Source: a bacterium (GTDB lineage: Bacteria; Zhuqueibacterota; Zhuqueibacteria; Oceanimicrobiales; Oceanimicrobiaceae). From it: a DNA stretch of 18,559 nt. The translations under genes and the position numbers were made by a program. This document shows positions 1-8,193 of the stretch, piece by piece (the first letter of the stretch is position 1; the number at the start of each line of letters is the position of its first letter). Under the pieces are notes generated by a model. The model searched no databases. It was not told the DNA's origin and saw only the letters and a program-made list of their open reading frames with translations. Location: NCBI GenBank assembly GCA_046757025.1, contig JBHHXN010000103.1, positions 1 to 18,559 on the forward strand, given 5' to 3'.

Positions 1-543
1 TCGCAAAATCTTCAACCGGGCGATGTGCTGATTCTCAGCGGAAGTTTGGCGGATCACGGCATGGCCATTCTGTCCAAACGAGAGGGGCTGGCCTTTGAAG
101 CGCCCATCGAAAGCGACACCGCCGCGCTCAATGGCCTGGTAGCGGATATTCTCAAAGCCGGGGGCAAAGATGTTCACGCCATGCGCGATCCCACCCGCGG
201 CGGTCTGGCAGCGACCCTGAATGAATTTGCCGAAGCATCGCGAGTCGGGATTCGCATCAAGGAAGATCGCATTCCGGTGAAAGCGCCGGTGGCGGGCGCC
301 TGCGAGATTCTTGGACTCGACCCGCTGTACGTGGCTAACGAAGGCAAGCTGGTGGCGGCGGTGGCGCGCGGAAAGGCCGAAGCCGTGCTCGCGGCCATGC
401 AGAAGCACCCATTGGGTAAAGAGGCGGTCATTTTCGGCGATGTGGTGGCGGACAAAGCTGGCCTGGTGAGCATGCAGACGCGCATCGGTGGCTGGAGAAT
501 TGTCGATATGCTGGTCGGAGAGCAATTACCGAGAATTTGTTAA
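1..543 (+). CDS. hypE: Hydrogenase maturation protein HypE (carbamoyl dehydratase), 5'-truncated by the window edge
   Basis: Frame is open from base 1 (SQNLQPGDVLILSG...). Motifs DHGMAILSKRE, MRDPTRGGLA and LDPLYVANEGK, plus the diagnostic C-terminal GEQLPRIC. Confidence 0.97.
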   Translation, partial: SQNLQPGDVLILSGSLADHGMAILSKREGLAFEAPIESDTAALNGLVADILKAGGKDVHAMRDPTRGGLAATLNEFAEASRVGIRIKEDRIPVKAPVAGACEILGLDPLYVANEGKLVAAVARGKAEAVLAAMQKHPLGKEAVIFGDVVADKAGLVSMQTRIGGWRIVDMLVGEQLPRIC

Positions 544-585
544 CCTGTTTAGAATTGTGAAGCGACAAATTAGTCTGGAGGGAAA

Positions 586-1221
586 ATGGCAAAGATCGAT
601 TCGCTGTCTGTGCTGATCGTTTCAACGCTTACCATCGGCATCGTGCACGCGCTGGCGCCGGACCACTGGGTGCCGTTTGTTAGCATCGGTCGAGCTCAGA
701 ACTGGTCTAAAACGAAATTAGCCTGGGTGACATTTATATGCGGAATCGGGCATGTCGGCTCCTCTGTGGTGATCGGCATCATCGGGCTGGTGCTAGGATT
801 TAGCTTGTCCAGCCTGGAGAGCATTGAATCCCAGCGTGCACAGGTGGCGGGTTTGCTGCTCATCGGTTTCGGCATTGCCTATGCAATCTGGGGATTGAAG
901 CATGTGCACCATCATCACCACCCTAAATTAGATGGCAAGCGCTCCATGACCATCTGGACGATGATCGCGATTTTTGTGTTAGGACCCTGCGAACCCCTCA
1001 TCCCGCTGATGTTTGTGAGCGCGGCGCACGGCTGGACCGCCGTCTGGATGGTGTCGCTGATTTTCGGGCTGGTGACGCTGGCGATGATGGTGGGGCAGGC
1101 GCTGCTGGCGTACATTGGAACGAGTATGGTTGTTTTTAAGAAAATGGAGCACTATACGCATGCGGTGGCCGGTCTGGTCATTGCGCTCACAGGCGGTATG
1201 GTGATGTTTCTGGGGATTTGA
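586..1221 (+). CDS. Nickel/cobalt permease of the UreH/NiCoT-like type (HX4DH signature), hydrogenase accessory
   Basis: GGAGGG RBS. About 6 hydrophobic segments. HALAPDH (HX4DH) in TM1, GIGHV, a His-rich loop HVHHHHH and PCEPL. Adjacent to hypE. Confidence 0.8.
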   Translation: MAKIDSLSVLIVSTLTIGIVHALAPDHWVPFVSIGRAQNWSKTKLAWVTFICGIGHVGSSVVIGIIGLVLGFSLSSLESIESQRAQVAGLLLIGFGIAYAIWGLKHVHHHHHPKLDGKRSMTIWTMIAIFVLGPCEPLIPLMFVSAAHGWTAVWMVSLIFGLVTLAMMVGQALLAYIGTSMVVFKKMEHYTHAVAGLVIALTGGMVMFLGI

Positions 1222-1307
1222 TCATTTAATTGCCGTATCTGTGAATTCAAATATTATTTATCTCAGGCTGTTTATATTCTTAATTTGATGAATTGCATTC
1301 CCTTAGT

Positions 1308-3695
1308 ATGAAATTCAACTTAAACAAAATAGTCCACCTTCATATACGCGGTAAACTGGCCATTGCCTTTACGGGCTTGTCGGTCCTGCCGGTGCTGGTG
1401 GTTGGAATTCTATGGATCTCTACCAATGTGCGCATGCTGCATCAGGTGGCCATTGAATCGTTGAAGCACGATTTGCTGACCATCAAAGAACGGTTGAGCA
1501 CGTTTATTTACGGGATGGAAGAGAATATCGCGTTTATTACGGCTTCCGCGTCTTTCCAGAATTTTATACAGACTGCGGCTTCAGGAGATCAGACCGAGAT
1601 GGTCGTTGCTGTTGAAAACTTTGCGCCGGATGTGATCAGTTTTGCCCGCCGAAAACAAATTTTCTATCAGATCAAATATCTCGATGCCGAGGGCACGGAA
1701 ATATTTATCGTCGAACATGACTTTCAAAATTACCGATTGCTGCCTCCAGAAGAGTTAAATAGGACCGGCACCAGTTTCTATTCCCATCTTGCCAGAGAAA
1801 TCCCTACCAACAAAGCGACTTTCATTCCGGTTGAGCTGATGCACCGAGCTCATAAAACCTTACTGCCCAGTATAAGCTGCGTTTATCCAATTTACCATCA
1901 TGAATTTGCCGGCCTGCTCATTTTCCAGATCTATGCCCAGACGTTTTTTAAAATCATGGAACTTCAAAGTCCACGCGGTTCTTCAGGAACCACCATGCTG
2001 GTGAATTCGGATGGTTATTATTTGTATCATTCAAAAAAAAAGAAAATGTGGAACCAGCTTCTGGCCACCAAAGATGTTTTAAATTTAACAACCGAGTACG
2101 GTCAGCAATTTGCGCATAAGTTATTAACAAACTCTTCCGAATCCTTTTATGAAATCAACGGTTCCATCGTTGCCCACTTACCCATTTTCAGTAAATATGG
2201 CGGTCTGGAAGGGGAGTATACCATTCTGAAAAGCGTATCTAAAAAAGAAATATTTGCTCCTGCCGAAAAATTTAAAAAGCTGTTTTTCGCCTTGTTGGGA
2301 TTGTTTCTCATAATTTCGCTGCAACTGGCATATTTAGCGACTAAGCAATTTACCGGCCCCATCGAAAAACTTACGCGTGAAGCCGAAGTCATCGCACAGG
2401 GCGACTACCGCTCGCGCGTGGATGTGCAGACCTTTGATGAAATTGGCGAGCTGGCCTCGCAATTTAATGTCATGGCGGAATCCCTTGAGCAACGGGAAAC
2501 AGAAATTGTTCAGCATCGCGAACGGTTAGAAGATATGGTGCGAGACCGTACCAGCGAACTGGAAAAAGAGAAAAACAAGCTGCAAGCCATCCTGGACAAC
2601 GTTCCCAGTGGATTTGTTTTGCTGGATAAAGATTACACCATTCTTACCGCGAGTGCGGCTATGAAGTCTCTGGCCGGTTGCGCAACGGATGAACTTTTAG
2701 GGAGACCCTGCTTCGAAGTTTTCGGCAATGAACGGCCGTGCCGAGATTGTCCTTCACATGAAGTTTTCGCAAGCGGTCGCATGCAATCCCAGGTGTTGCA
2801 GCGTTTAAATTCTGAGGGCGAGGAACGTTTTTGGGAACATATTTCCGTGCCGTTAAAAAAAGCGCAACGAGTTGAAAACATCCTTGAAATAATTACCGAT
2901 GTTACCGAACGCAAACGGCTGCAGGATCAGTTGATTCGGTCTGAGCGACTGGCCGCAACCGGTGAAATGGCCGCGGTTATCGCTCATGAAATGCGCAACT
3001 CGCTGACTTCCGTAAGAATGTTGCTGCAGCTTTTTACCGAGAACGAAAGTTCGGTGCATTATGACCGTGAATCTTTTGATGTGGCACTGGATTCGCTGAC
3101 ACGAATGGAACGAGTTGTGCAAGACCTGCTGCAATTGGCTCGGCCTGCTCAGCTCAAAAAGCAGGTCCGCAGTATAAACAGCATTTTGCAAGAGAGCGTC
3201 GAATTTGCCAGCCACCAAATCGTAAGCAAAGGCATTGAGCTGCGGGTGGATTTGGCGTCCAACTTGCCCCGTGTTGAGCTGGATGTGGAACATTTTAAGG
3301 AGGCTTTGATCAACATGATTTTAAATGCTTCACAGGCAATTGACAACGGCGGCAGCATCCACCTTCGCACGGAGTTAAAAAGGCTGAAAAAGAACTATCG
3401 CGACCTGGGAGAGGTACGGATTGCCGAAGGGAAAAATGCCTCTGTCAAGGTACGGGAAGTGCAATTGAAAAAAGGCCTGCAGGTGATCGGCGTGCAAATA
3501 AAAGACACGGGTTGCGGCATTCCCGCGGACCACCTCAAGCGTATTTTCGATCCCTTTTTTACCACGAAAACCAATGGCACCGGCCTGGGTTTGTCGTTTG
3601 TGAAGCGCGTGGTGAATGAACACGATGGGCTCATTCTGGCCGAGAGTAAAGTCGGTAAAGGAAGTTGTTTTGAAATCGTCATTCCGGTGAGTTAA
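1308..3695 (+). CDS. Membrane sensor histidine kinase (periplasmic Cache-like domain, HAMP, Cys-containing PAS, HisKA, HATPase)
   Basis: Two TM segments flank a ~290-aa domain. HAMP (PIEKL...DEIGELASQFNVM), H-box AHEMRNSL, N-box NMILNASQA, DTGCGI, FDPFFTTK, GTGLGL. Start is ATG 1308 or TTG 1293. Confidence 0.93.
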   Translation: MKFNLNKIVHLHIRGKLAIAFTGLSVLPVLVVGILWISTNVRMLHQVAIESLKHDLLTIKERLSTFIYGMEENIAFITASASFQNFIQTAASGDQTEMVVAVENFAPDVISFARRKQIFYQIKYLDAEGTEIFIVEHDFQNYRLLPPEELNRTGTSFYSHLAREIPTNKATFIPVELMHRAHKTLLPSISCVYPIYHHEFAGLLIFQIYAQTFFKIMELQSPRGSSGTTMLVNSDGYYLYHSKKKKMWNQLLATKDVLNLTTEYGQQFAHKLLTNSSESFYEINGSIVAHLPIFSKYGGLEGEYTILKSVSKKEIFAPAEKFKKLFFALLGLFLIISLQLAYLATKQFTGPIEKLTREAEVIAQGDYRSRVDVQTFDEIGELASQFNVMAESLEQRETEIVQHRERLEDMVRDRTSELEKEKNKLQAILDNVPSGFVLLDKDYTILTASAAMKSLAGCATDELLGRPCFEVFGNERPCRDCPSHEVFASGRMQSQVLQRLNSEGEERFWEHISVPLKKAQRVENILEIITDVTERKRLQDQLIRSERLAATGEMAAVIAHEMRNSLTSVRMLLQLFTENESSVHYDRESFDVALDSLTRMERVVQDLLQLARPAQLKKQVRSINSILQESVEFASHQIVSKGIELRVDLASNLPRVELDVEHFKEALINMILNASQAIDNGGSIHLRTELKRLKKNYRDLGEVRIAEGKNASVKVREVQLKKGLQVIGVQIKDTGCGIPADHLKRIFDPFFTTKTNGTGLGLSFVKRVVNEHDGLILAESKVGKGSCFEIVIPVS

Positions 3696-5093
3696 ATGCC
3701 AAAAGAAAAAATCCTGATCGCGGACGACGATAAAAACATTCAATTCGCTTTTCGAAAGACCTTTGAAAAAGACGGATTTGAGGTGGTTACGGCGGGCGAC
3801 GGTCGGGAAGCGCTGCAAAAATTAACCGATGAGCAGCCGGTGCTGATTTTCCTGGATATCGCTATGCCCGGCACCTCCGGCCTGGACGCTTTGCAGGAAA
3901 TCAAAGAAAAAGGCATCCGAACGCCGGTGGTCGTGATCACGGGTTTCGGCACCATGCAAACTGCCGTGAAAGCCATCCAGCTCGGAGCGTATGAGTATCT
4001 CACTAAACCGTTAGACGTGGATAAAGTTCGTGTGGTGACGCGCCGAGTGTTGGAAATGCTGCACCTTCGCAAGGAAGTTGAAGAGCTTAAAGCCAAACTC
4101 AGCAAACCGTCGGAGGAATTCGAGCTCATCGGGAATTCTCCACAAATGCACGAAGTCTATAAAACCATCGGTGCGGTGACGACCACACCCAACACCACCA
4201 ATGTTCTGGTAGTGGGGGAAAGCGGCACCGGCAAGGAGCTGGTGGCGCGTGCCGTTCATAACAGCGGGCCTCATGCCTCGGAGCCGTTTGTGGCTATCAA
4301 CTGCACGGTGCTACCCGAGACCTTGCTGGAGAGCGAACTGTTTGGTCATGAGAAAGGCGCTTTCACGGGTGCGGATAAACAAAAGCTTGGGAAATTCGAA
4401 ATCGCCAGACAGGGAACGATTTATCTGGATGAAATTGGCGACATGTCTCCCAAACTGCAGCAGAAGCTGCTGCGGGTTTTGCAGGAACGGGTGTTCGAGC
4501 GATTGGGCGGCAACGAAATCATCCGGGTGAACGCCAGGTTCATCGCGTCTACCAACATGAATCTGGAACGGGAAGTGCAATCGGGTAAATTTAGAGAGGA
4601 TCTGTATTTTCGATTGAACGTCATCAACATCAAGCTGCCTCCTTTGCGAGAACGGTTTGATGACATTCGGCTGCTGGCCCAGCATTTTCTGGTGAAATAT
4701 TGCCGACGTTTGGGTAAAAATGTTCGTGCCATTTCTGAAGATGTCCTGCAGGTTTTGCAATCCTACCCATTTCCGGGCAATGTAAGAGAGCTGGAAAACG
4801 CCATGGAGCACGGGGTGGCGATTGAGAAGGGCGAGGTGTTGCTGCCCGATTCCCTGCCGGAACACTTGCTCAAAACTCAAAAAGAGGTGTATTTAGATAT
4901 TCCCATCACCAATCCGATTTTGCGCCATGCACGGCGGGACGTTTTGGAAGCCTTTGAGAAGAAATTTCTGATTGAACGCTTGCGTGCGCACAAGGGCAAC
5001 GTCACCGCCGCCGCCCGGGAAGCCCAAATTCAACGGCAGAGTTTCCAGCGTTTGATGAAAAAGTACGAAATCGATTCCAGTGAATTTCGGTAA
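3696..5093 (+). CDS. Sigma54-dependent NtrC/AtoC-family response regulator (REC, AAA+, Fis-type HTH)
   Basis: REC (ADDD, LDIAMP, TKP), Walker A GESGTGKE, ESELFGHEKGAFTGA, Walker B LDEIG, FREDLYFRL, FPGNVREL and a C-terminal HTH. The ATG directly abuts the kinase stop codon. Confidence 0.96.
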   Translation: MPKEKILIADDDKNIQFAFRKTFEKDGFEVVTAGDGREALQKLTDEQPVLIFLDIAMPGTSGLDALQEIKEKGIRTPVVVITGFGTMQTAVKAIQLGAYEYLTKPLDVDKVRVVTRRVLEMLHLRKEVEELKAKLSKPSEEFELIGNSPQMHEVYKTIGAVTTTPNTTNVLVVGESGTGKELVARAVHNSGPHASEPFVAINCTVLPETLLESELFGHEKGAFTGADKQKLGKFEIARQGTIYLDEIGDMSPKLQQKLLRVLQERVFERLGGNEIIRVNARFIASTNMNLEREVQSGKFREDLYFRLNVINIKLPPLRERFDDIRLLAQHFLVKYCRRLGKNVRAISEDVLQVLQSYPFPGNVRELENAMEHGVAIEKGEVLLPDSLPEHLLKTQKEVYLDIPITNPILRHARRDVLEAFEKKFLIERLRAHKGNVTAAAREAQIQRQSFQRLMKKYEIDSSEFR

Positions 5094-5279
5094 ATCGTTT
5101 TGTTTTGAGTGGGGGCATATCACTGAATTAGTCAGACCTGATGCTACCTGAGCACAGGTTTGTGTTGTGCCGTAGAACTTCATTTATTGCAGAACCCCCA
5201 AGCCTGCCCTGCATGAAATTACCGATTTAATCCAATTAAGTTTTTCAGAAATTTGGAAACGGTGGCGTTCCACCTCCAG

Positions 5280-5320
5280 TGCCACCATGCCGGTTTCACA
5301 CTGCCACGCAAAAGGTGACA
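5280..5320. promoter_or_regulatory. Candidate enhancer (UAS): two 19-bp imperfect inverted repeats 22 bp apart
   Basis: TGCCACCATGCCGGTTTCA (5280-5298) and TGCCACGCAAAAGGTGACA (5302-5320), about 100-140 bp upstream of the sigma54-like element. Confidence 0.55.
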
Positions 5321-5376
5321 CTTCTTACACTTCTGTCATGGTCAGTCCATTTTGATAAAGGGTCTTAATTTTAATA

Positions 5377-5389
5377 AATTAAAGACTTG
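5377..5389 (+). promoter_or_regulatory. Possible IHF site
   Basis: AATTAAAGACTTG has one mismatch to WATCAANNNNTTR, is preceded by an AT tract, and lies between the putative UAS and the promoter. Confidence 0.35.
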
Positions 5390-5417
5390 TAAAGCGCTCA
5401 ACAAGCCGTTCATTGAT

Positions 5418-5434
5418 TTGGCATGCCATTTGAA
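5418..5434 (+). promoter_or_regulatory. Sigma54 (-24/-12) promoter candidate for the cytochrome-porin operon
   Basis: TTGGCATGCCATTTGAA against consensus TGGCACG-N4-TTGC. GG(5420-21)-N10-GA(5432-33) gives correct spacing, with A instead of C at -12. It follows an enhancer-binding-protein gene. Confidence 0.65.
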
Positions 5435-5491
5435 GGTAGCATGGCGTATCCCTTCTAATTCTCACACACTTACAAATTGGAGGCATGTATC

Positions 5492-6760
5492 ATGAAAATG
5501 TCAATTTTGAGGAGTTGCGGTATTTTCTTTTTTGTGGCATTGTTTGTCTTGCTGGCGGTGGTAATGTCAGTGAAAGATGCCCAGGCCATTCCCGCTTGGG
5601 CGCGCAAATACAAAACCAGTTGCTCCACCTGCCATTATGCCTATCCAAAGTTGAATGGCTTTGGTAAGGCATTCAAAAATAATGGCTATCGGTACCCCGG
5701 AGGTGATGAAAACTACCGAAAAGAAGAGCCCACAAGTTTAGGTTCTGAAAGTTACAAAAAAGTCTGGCCGGATGCGATATGGCCTGCCGATATTCCAGGA
5801 GGTTTGCCGATTGCAATTCAAGCGATTGGCCGCGTCAACTACGAGCCGGATGCGGATATTAAATCCACTTTTGAATTCCCTCATGAGTTAGAAGTACTTT
5901 TTGGCGGTACGATTGGTGAGAACGTTTCGTTTTTAGGCGAAGTGGAAATTGAAAACGAGGACAACGAAAACCAATTTGCTTTTCCTTTTCATTTGCAATG
6001 GGATTTCAACCCAAGATGGCACATTAGAGTTGGTAACGTATCCCCGGATCCCACACCAGAGGGTCGCCGACTTACGCGTAACCATTACAACGTGGCCAGT
6101 TTTAGAAGCCGCAACCGGGTGCGTTTGAGAGACGAACATGCTGGTATTGAGCTCTGGGGAGCCGGAAACGGTGCTGGCGGGCGCGGAGGCTATCGTTTCC
6201 AATTAGGTGTTGTCAACGGTCAGGGTAGAAATGATGCCAACAGCGAAAAAGATTTTTACGGCCTTCTTTCCTATAAAATCGGTGGTTTGGGAGTAATCGG
6301 TGGCACCGAAGGACAGGCCAGCGAAACTTCGGACTTTTATGTCGATAACAATTTACGTCTTGGGGGCTATTTCTATATCGGTACGGCCACGAAAGATGCC
6401 GTCGATGAAGATTTTCAAATATTTGGAGGTAACTTCGATTTTTGGTATAATCGATTTATATTGAATGGTACTTTGCTCTATATGAATTCAGAATTGCCGG
6501 GCACTCCGGATCGTCAATCTTTGGTATGGTATGTGGAAAGCAATTATGTCATCTATCCCTGGTTAATCGGTCTGGCGCGATTTGAGTTTACCGATTCAGA
6601 TTTGGATGTCGATACACCGGATCCGGTGACTTCTCTGATACCGGCTGTAACAATCGTCGCAAGGGCAAATGTGCGCTTCACGGCGGAGTACATCATCCCT
6701 TTGGATGACGCAAGTAAAAAGAAAGACCTGTTTGTCATTCAAGCACAGTTTGGATTTTAG
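5492..6760 (+). CDS. cyc2: Cyc2-like fused monoheme cytochrome c / outer-membrane beta-barrel porin
   Basis: GGAGG RBS 5479-83. Sec signal ending AQA, then IPAWARKYKTSCSTCHYAYPKLNGFGKAFKNNGY, matching the Cyc2 N-terminal pattern AxPxFAR[Q/K][T/Y]-x-CxxCH-x3-PxL. The remainder shows alternating amphipathic beta-strands and a C-terminal Phe (QAQFGF). The symbol indicates family resemblance, not demonstrated Fe oxidation. Confidence 0.8.
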   Translation: MKMSILRSCGIFFFVALFVLLAVVMSVKDAQAIPAWARKYKTSCSTCHYAYPKLNGFGKAFKNNGYRYPGGDENYRKEEPTSLGSESYKKVWPDAIWPADIPGGLPIAIQAIGRVNYEPDADIKSTFEFPHELEVLFGGTIGENVSFLGEVEIENEDNENQFAFPFHLQWDFNPRWHIRVGNVSPDPTPEGRRLTRNHYNVASFRSRNRVRLRDEHAGIELWGAGNGAGGRGGYRFQLGVVNGQGRNDANSEKDFYGLLSYKIGGLGVIGGTEGQASETSDFYVDNNLRLGGYFYIGTATKDAVDEDFQIFGGNFDFWYNRFILNGTLLYMNSELPGTPDRQSLVWYVESNYVIYPWLIGLARFEFTDSDLDVDTPDPVTSLIPAVTIVARANVRFTAEYIIPLDDASKKKDLFVIQAQFGF

Positions 6761-6766
6761 TGATAA

Positions 6767-6855
6767 AAAAGGCTGACCTTCTTCTGGGGGTGTACAAATT
6801 TATTGTACGCTGCTGACTTAGTGAAACGACAAATCCAGCAGAAGGTTAGCTTTTT
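6767..6855 (+). other. Structured intercistronic RNA element (21-bp outer stem plus inner hairpin, ending in U5)
   Basis: 6767-6787 pairs with 6835-6855 with one mismatch and two G-U pairs. Inner hairpin GTGTACAA-ATTTA-TTGTACGC at 6790-6810. Confidence 0.6.
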
Positions 6856-6904
6856 CAAATTGACTCTATTTATTAATCGACACATTAAATCAGGAGAAAA
6901 TCCT

Positions 6905-7507
6905 ATGCGAAGATTTGGGTTATTTACAGCCACGCTCGTGGTCACTTTGGTATTCTGTGCCACGAACAATAGCCTGGCCGGCACCATCAAAGGTAAGGTG
7001 ACGGTAAAAGGAGCTCGGGATGCCCGCGATGTGGTGGTCTTTGTCGATGAAATGAAAGGCGAATTTAAACCGCCGAAAAAGCACGTACAAATGGATCAGA
7101 AGAATTTAACTTTTATTCCACATGTGCTGCCGATCATTCAGGGTACCACCGTGGATTACATGAATAGCGACGATGTGCTTCACAACGTGTTTACCCCCGA
7201 TAAGTGTGCAGAAAAATTCAACCTCGGTACCTGGCCCAAAGGGGAGGTGCGGTCCTTCACTTTTAAAGAAAAAGGTTGTTCTTCCGTCATGCTGTGCAAG
7301 GTGCACCCGGAAATGGAAGCCTGGATTCTCGTCCTGCAAAATCCCTATTTTTTCAAGACCGATAAAGATGGCACGTTTACCATCGAAAACGTACCGGCGG
7401 GAAAATATACTTTGCGTGTTTGGCACCAAAAGCTGAAGGGCAAACCGCAGGAAATCGAGGTGCTGAAAGAAGGTGTGGTGACGGTTAATTTTCAAATGAA
7501 ACGATAA
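6905..7507 (+). CDS. Periplasmic type-1 (blue) copper cupredoxin with a carboxypeptidase-regulatory-like beta-sandwich
   Basis: AGGAG RBS before ATG 6905. Signal peptide ending SLA. Ligand set H(NVF)...C-x2-H-x2-M (CKVHPEM). C-terminal TDKDGTFTIENVPAGKYTLRVWH. Confidence 0.8.
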   Translation: MRRFGLFTATLVVTLVFCATNNSLAGTIKGKVTVKGARDARDVVVFVDEMKGEFKPPKKHVQMDQKNLTFIPHVLPIIQGTTVDYMNSDDVLHNVFTPDKCAEKFNLGTWPKGEVRSFTFKEKGCSSVMLCKVHPEMEAWILVLQNPYFFKTDKDGTFTIENVPAGKYTLRVWHQKLKGKPQEIEVLKEGVVTVNFQMKR

Positions 7508-7707
7508 GATTTCTCAAGGCTTGTGATTCACATATTTAGCAGATTACAATCGGGATCTCATATTAAAGTCTTTGGTTGCCGGTTTCACGAAACCCAGACA
7601 TTGAAATAAATTCCTTTACTGAAAGTGTAAAATTCTTTACAGAGCGTTTTTACACATCCTTAGACAGGATAAATGATAAGGAATGTACCACCAGCAAAGA
7701 GGCACTT

Positions 7708-8193
7708 ATGAGAAAAACCATGATAGATTTATTACAGCAAGCGAGAGTATTTGAGGATCTCAATACGCAAGAAATCGCAGAAGTTGCCAAAATTAGCCAT
7801 AAAGTCACTTTTAAAAATGGTGAGCGTATTTTGGAGGCTGAAACGCCAGCCAGATATCTGTTTATAGTCGGCGAGGGTTTGGTGGAACTACGCTTCAAGG
7901 TTACCTTACTTGGCGGTACCGTAGAAATTACTATTGACCAAAAGTTCAACGGCACTTCCTTTGGCTGGTCCGCGCTAACTGAACCATATAGATACACTCT
8001 CTCTGCTTTAGCGATGCGCGATACCGAGCTGATTAGAATAAAAGCAAATGACATCAAGAGATTGTGTGAGCAGAATAATCATTTGGGATTTGTGGTTATG
8101 AAGAACATTGCCCTGATAATTGGTGAGCGATTTGGTACGATACAAAATGCATTGATTGCTGAGATACAACAAAACCTCAAAATAAAAGAATGA
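7708..8193 (+). CDS. Stand-alone cyclic-nucleotide-binding (Crp-like effector) domain protein, no HTH
   Basis: GAGG RBS before ATG 7708. VFEDL...FKNGERIL...LFIVGEGLVEL...FGWSAL...YTLSALA. At 161 aa it ends after the C-helix. Confidence 0.85.
   Translation: MRKTMIDLLQQARVFEDLNTQEIAEVAKISHKVTFKNGERILEAETPARYLFIVGEGLVELRFKVTLLGGTVEITIDQKFNGTSFGWSALTEPYRYTLSALAMRDTELIRIKANDIKRLCEQNNHLGFVVMKNIALIIGERFGTIQNALIAEIQQNLKIKE

Noticed and set aside
6811..6830. Hammerhead-ribozyme-like CTGA...GAAA within the stem-loop
   Set aside because: The core reads CTGACTT rather than CUGANGA, and there is no stem II.
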